From Capsulimonadales bacterium (lineage in GTDB: Bacteria > Armatimonadota > Armatimonadia > Armatimonadales > Armatimonadaceae): 28,508 nt of DNA. Both the position numbers and the translations under genes were made by a program. The notes under the pieces were generated by a model. The model saw only the letters and a list, made by a program, of their open reading frames with translations. It was not told the origin of the DNA and searched no databases. Where the stretch lies: positions 1 through 28,508 of the forward strand of contig JANRLW010000081.1 of NCBI GenBank assembly GCA_033762295.1, read 5' to 3'. This document shows positions 25,193-28,508 of this stretch, one piece after another; position 1 is the first letter of the stretch, and each line of letters opens with the position of its first letter.

Positions 25193-26437
25193 TCAGTGGT
25201 CCGGGGCTTCGTCCGGGTCACCGTACTCCAGTTCGTCCGTGCTCGCGAAGCGGGCAACGGTGATCTTTCGGGTGAATGGCCGCCCCAGATTCATCGCCTC
25301 GCAGTTGACATCGTAGACGAACTGCTGGAGCGTGCGGATCTCCGTTCCACCGATAACGCAGGAACGCAACGCCACATAGACCGGTGACCAGGGACAGCAG
25401 AAGAAATGGCCGATCCGTCGCCCGTCCGGATGCATGGCATAGCCGATGTCCCCGCGTGCGAACGCCGCCCGAATCTCCGCCAGGATAGCCAGCGTCCTCT
25501 GCGGGTCCGGGTCCATCTTCCAGAGACGACCGATCGCGACCCTTGCCTCCGGATCCCCCTGCAGACGCGTACGGCGGTCGCTGTCGGTCAAACACCAGGG
25601 ATCGAAACCGATCTCACCGGGTCCGGGCAGTCCGTGTACGGGCGGCCCGACGACCGCGGTCGGCAACGGACGCAGGACCGGTCGCGATTGCGACAGCTTC
25701 CGGTCCTCCTCGAGCAGATCGGGCATGGCCAGCATCTGCCCCAGTCGGTAAAGTCGTTCGACCGCCTCCTTGACATGATCTTCGATTCGCTCATGGAGAT
25801 CCTCGGAGGGGTTCCCTTCCCACAGGCGATCGGCATACTCGCTTTTCGTATGGGCGGCGGCCCAGAGCTGCCGGGCATGACGGATCGCGTCCTGTTTCTC
25901 CTCCGGCGAGGTCGTCTCCTCGAAAAAGGCCATGGCAAGGCTCGCATGATCTCGCAAAGCCCGCATCGCCTCCATCATCCCGTGCAGGTGAGCGTTCGGG
26001 CAGGGTTCCACCTCGCTCCAGGGAGGCATATCGGCGGGAACGGCGACATCGAGCCGGTAGTTGGGGTTGCTGTGCGCCTGTCGCGCCCGGTTCATCCAGG
26101 GTTCGACCTGCTCGTAGAAGACCAGCACCTGATCGGCGGTAATCGGAGGCAGGTACCCCTGCGTCGCCGGGTTCAGGCGGTAATCGGCATCGACAAAATA
26201 ATCTCCCAGTAACTGCAACGCATAGGCGTTCCAGGCGCACAGAATCTCCGCCTGTGTCGCCGGGGGCGCTGCCCAGGGATGATGACCCGCCAGTTTGATA
26301 TCCAGGCGTTTCTGTTCGACATGATCCAGCATCTCATAAACCGACAGGCTGGCGCGGCGATAGGCGTCAATGACGTCCGCCGGCACCTCCCCGCTCAGAC
26401 GGCTCACGAAATGCCCCCAGAGATTGACATCGGACAC
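25193..26437 (-). CDS. Hypothetical 414-aa two-domain protein
   Basis: GTG start with AGGAGG RBS; helical N-domain with EPCP, Pro-rich linker, C-domain with HFFCCPW. Confidence 0.85.
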   Translation of the reverse strand: MSDVNLWGHFVSRLSGEVPADVIDAYRRASLSVYEMLDHVEQKRLDIKLAGHHPWAAPPATQAEILCAWNAYALQLLGDYFVDADYRLNPATQGYLPPITADQVLVFYEQVEPWMNRARQAHSNPNYRLDVAVPADMPPWSEVEPCPNAHLHGMMEAMRALRDHASLAMAFFEETTSPEEKQDAIRHARQLWAAAHTKSEYADRLWEGNPSEDLHERIEDHVKEAVERLYRLGQMLAMPDLLEEDRKLSQSRPVLRPLPTAVVGPPVHGLPGPGEIGFDPWCLTDSDRRTRLQGDPEARVAIGRLWKMDPDPQRTLAILAEIRAAFARGDIGYAMHPDGRRIGHFFCCPWSPVYVALRSCVIGGTEIRTLQQFVYDVNCEAMNLGRPFTRKITVARFASTDELEYGDPDEAPDH

Positions 26438-26501
26438 GAATGTTCCCTCCTGTAAAGCCTGCTCCGAAAACGATTCTCCCGTTCGACAACGCCTCAACGA
26501 T

Positions 26502-27425
26502 TCACGGCTCCGACGGTGGCGAGGGCGAGCTATGGAACTGTTCCTGGTGCGTCCGCTCCTCCTCGTACGGTTCCGTGTGAATTACCACATGCAGGTTCGT
26601 CAGAGCGGCTCGCATCTCATCCTCCAGTTCCTCCGTTCGACGGTGGGCTTCGCGAAGAGACATATCGTCGTCCATCTGGATGTGAACATCGACATGACGG
26701 TGCGAACCGGCTTTGCGCGTCCGAAGTTTGTGCCAGCCAAGCACATTCGGGTTCGCCGTCATAATTCGTTCGATAATTCGAATCTCCTCCTGTGGCAGCC
26801 GTTCATCGAGCAAGGGAGCGAACGCATCCCTCAGGATGGAGCCGCCGGTGTGCAGGATAAATCCCGCCACGATCAGTGCGACCAGGGGATCGAAGAGGGA
26901 GATGCCGGTGAATCGAACCAGCGCCAGTCCGGCGACCACACCGACGGAGGTAAGGACATCGATACTGAGGTGGTGGGCGTCCGCCTCGAGCGCGGCGGAA
27001 TCCGTCTCACGCGCCACCCGAAAAAGGTAACGCGCCAGGAAAAGATTGACGACGGCGGAGATTGCCATAATCGCCATTCCGCTCTCCGTTCCGAGGTGTT
27101 CACGAGGACGCAGGAGCGCCTGTCCGGCCTGGAACACAATGTACACGCCGGCGGCCAGAATGAGCAGCGCTTCGACCGCTCCGGAGAGGGATTCCATCTT
27201 CCCGTGACCGTACGGATGGCGCGCGTCCGGCGGCGCGTCGGCGGAGCGGACAGCGATGAAGGCGATCAGCGAGGCGATCAGATCGGTCGCGGAGTGAGCG
27301 GCTTCGGAGAGGACGGCAACCGACCCGGTGACCACGCCGACACCGAGCTTGAAGAGGACCAGCAGTGCGTTGGAAAGGATCGACAATCGGGCCGCGCGCA
27401 CTTTCCGGGCCACGATTGCCGACAT
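26502..27425 (-). CDS. Cation diffusion facilitator transporter (FieF-like)
   Basis: SEAAHSATD, HPYGHGKME, ADAHHLSID, LRTRKAG, VVIHTEP. Confidence 0.95.
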   Translation of the reverse strand: MSAIVARKVRAARLSILSNALLVLFKLGVGVVTGSVAVLSEAAHSATDLIASLIAFIAVRSADAPPDARHPYGHGKMESLSGAVEALLILAAGVYIVFQAGQALLRPREHLGTESGMAIMAISAVVNLFLARYLFRVARETDSAALEADAHHLSIDVLTSVGVVAGLALVRFTGISLFDPLVALIVAGFILHTGGSILRDAFAPLLDERLPQEEIRIIERIMTANPNVLGWHKLRTRKAGSHRHVDVHIQMDDDMSLREAHRRTEELEDEMRAALTNLHVVIHTEPYEEERTHQEQFHSSPSPPSEP

Positions 27426-27431
27426 GGACCT

Positions 27432-27905
27432 CTACTCCTCCATCATCGGAGCAATCACCAGGTACCGGTCCGGTTCCTCCCCTTCCGAGTAGGTTCGAAC
27501 GCCCGGACGGTCGACCAGCGCCTGATGGACAATCCGCCGTTCCGCCGGGGTCATCGGATCGAGAACGGCCTCCTGTCCGGTCGCGATCACCTGTTCGGCC
27601 AGCTCCTCCGCCATCCGAAGCAGGGTGTTTTCCCGCCGGAGTCGGTAGTTATCGGCATCGTAGGTGATATGAAGTTTCGTATTGCTCCGGCGCAACACGG
27701 CCAGCGTCGTGAGGTACTGCAACGCATCCAGGCATTGCCCGCCCTTGCCGATGAACAACCGGGCATCGCTACCGCCGAAAGCCATGGTGATTCCTTCCGG
27801 TTCTTCCTTCGTCACCGCGACGTGGAGATCCATGCCGGAGGCGTCCACGAATCCCTGGGCGAAGTCGATCGCCTGCTGTTTCAATTCGGTCACAGTTCCT
27901 GCCAT
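27432..27905 (-). CDS. khpB: Jag/KhpB (EloR) RNA-binding protein, KH + R3H domains only
   Basis: KH GxxG (IGKGGQCLDALQYL), R3H (ERRIVH), TYSEGEEPDRYLVI; directly downstream of yidC. Confidence 0.93.
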   Translation of the reverse strand: MAGTVTELKQQAIDFAQGFVDASGMDLHVAVTKEEPEGITMAFGGSDARLFIGKGGQCLDALQYLTTLAVLRRSNTKLHITYDADNYRLRRENTLLRMAEELAEQVIATGQEAVLDPMTPAERRIVHQALVDRPGVRTYSEGEEPDRYLVIAPMMEE

Positions 27906-27936
27906 GCGATAGGTCGTTCCTTAAAGTTTGCTTTCC

Positions 27937-28508
27937 CTACTTTTTCCTGTTTTTCGGCGACACGAGTTTCGGGTTCGGCGCCAGAGGTTTGGGGTCCGGC
28001 GAAGCCGCGCCGGCCGCCGTTCCTCCGTTTCCGTCGCTATCCTCGATCAGGATCGGCGGAGGCGTCGGCAGGGTGCGGTAGATGATCCATTGCTGGCCGA
28101 GCGCCAGAAGGTTACTGACGAACCAGTAAAGGACGAAGGCGGAAGCAGGCTGCCACTGCAACAGCATGATGAAGAAGATGGCGGGCATCATGATCGTCAT
28201 CATCTTCTGCTGTTCCGCCTGCTGCGGGTCCGAAGGCGGTGTGGACGGCATCAGTTTGGTCGTCAGATACATCGAGAACGTATAGACGATCAACATGAGC
28301 ATGTCCTGCTCGCCCAGATGGTGTCCGAAGAAGCCGGTCAACGGAAACGGCAGATTGGCCGCCGCATCCCCTGCCGCCGGATTCACCCACAGGAAAGTGG
28401 ACTGCGCGAAATGGAACTGATAGTGCAGGATCACATTGTACATCAGGAGGGTGACCGGCCACTGGAGGAGGAGCGGAAGACAGCCGGCGAACTCGTTGAT
28501 GCCATGCT
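27937..28508 (-). CDS. yidC: Membrane protein insertase YidC/Oxa1, 5' end outside the window
   Basis: GINEFAGCLPLLLQWP, FLW, DPQQAEQQKMM, LYWFVSNLLALGQQW. Confidence 0.95.
   Translation of the reverse strand, partial: HGINEFAGCLPLLLQWPVTLLMYNVILHYQFHFAQSTFLWVNPAAGDAAANLPFPLTGFFGHHLGEQDMLMLIVYTFSMYLTTKLMPSTPPSDPQQAEQQKMMTIMMPAIFFIMLLQWQPASAFVLYWFVSNLLALGQQWIIYRTLPTPPPILIEDSDGNGGTAAGAASPDPKPLAPNPKLVSPKNRKK

Noticed and set aside
26370..28085. 571-aa plus-strand ORF
   Set aside because: It is antisense to the CDF, khpB and yidC genes, with no recognisable domain or RBS.

Overview
GC-rich bacterial chromosomal window, densely coding. No rRNA, tRNA, CRISPR array or transposase was recognised. 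The left half is mostly ordinary: a partial ABC ATPase missed by the ORF track, a renalase-like oxidoreductase, a secreted thioredoxin-TPR protein, an ECF sigma/zinc anti-sigma pair, RNase J, an ADP-ribosylglycohydrolase, a ChbG/YdjC deacetylase, a Crp/Fnr regulator, an Opp/Dpp-type binding protein with two permeases, and uxaA. The right end carries yidC-jag(khpB)-CDF transporter-hypothetical. Three elements between them deserve the most attention. (1) A ~1.1 kb hairpin-dense leader with small ORFs lies between a sigma70-type promoter and an orphan SigH/ECF-like sigma factor. (2) A YaaW-like/coiled-coil protein has a RelE-like C-terminus and shares a bidirectional promoter with an unknown 120-aa gene. 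(3) A four-gene GT2 + LysA-like PLP enzyme + ATP-grasp ligase + Trm112-like/methyltransferase cluster sits behind an AT-rich repeated operator. All product calls come from motif recognition by eye, not from database searches.
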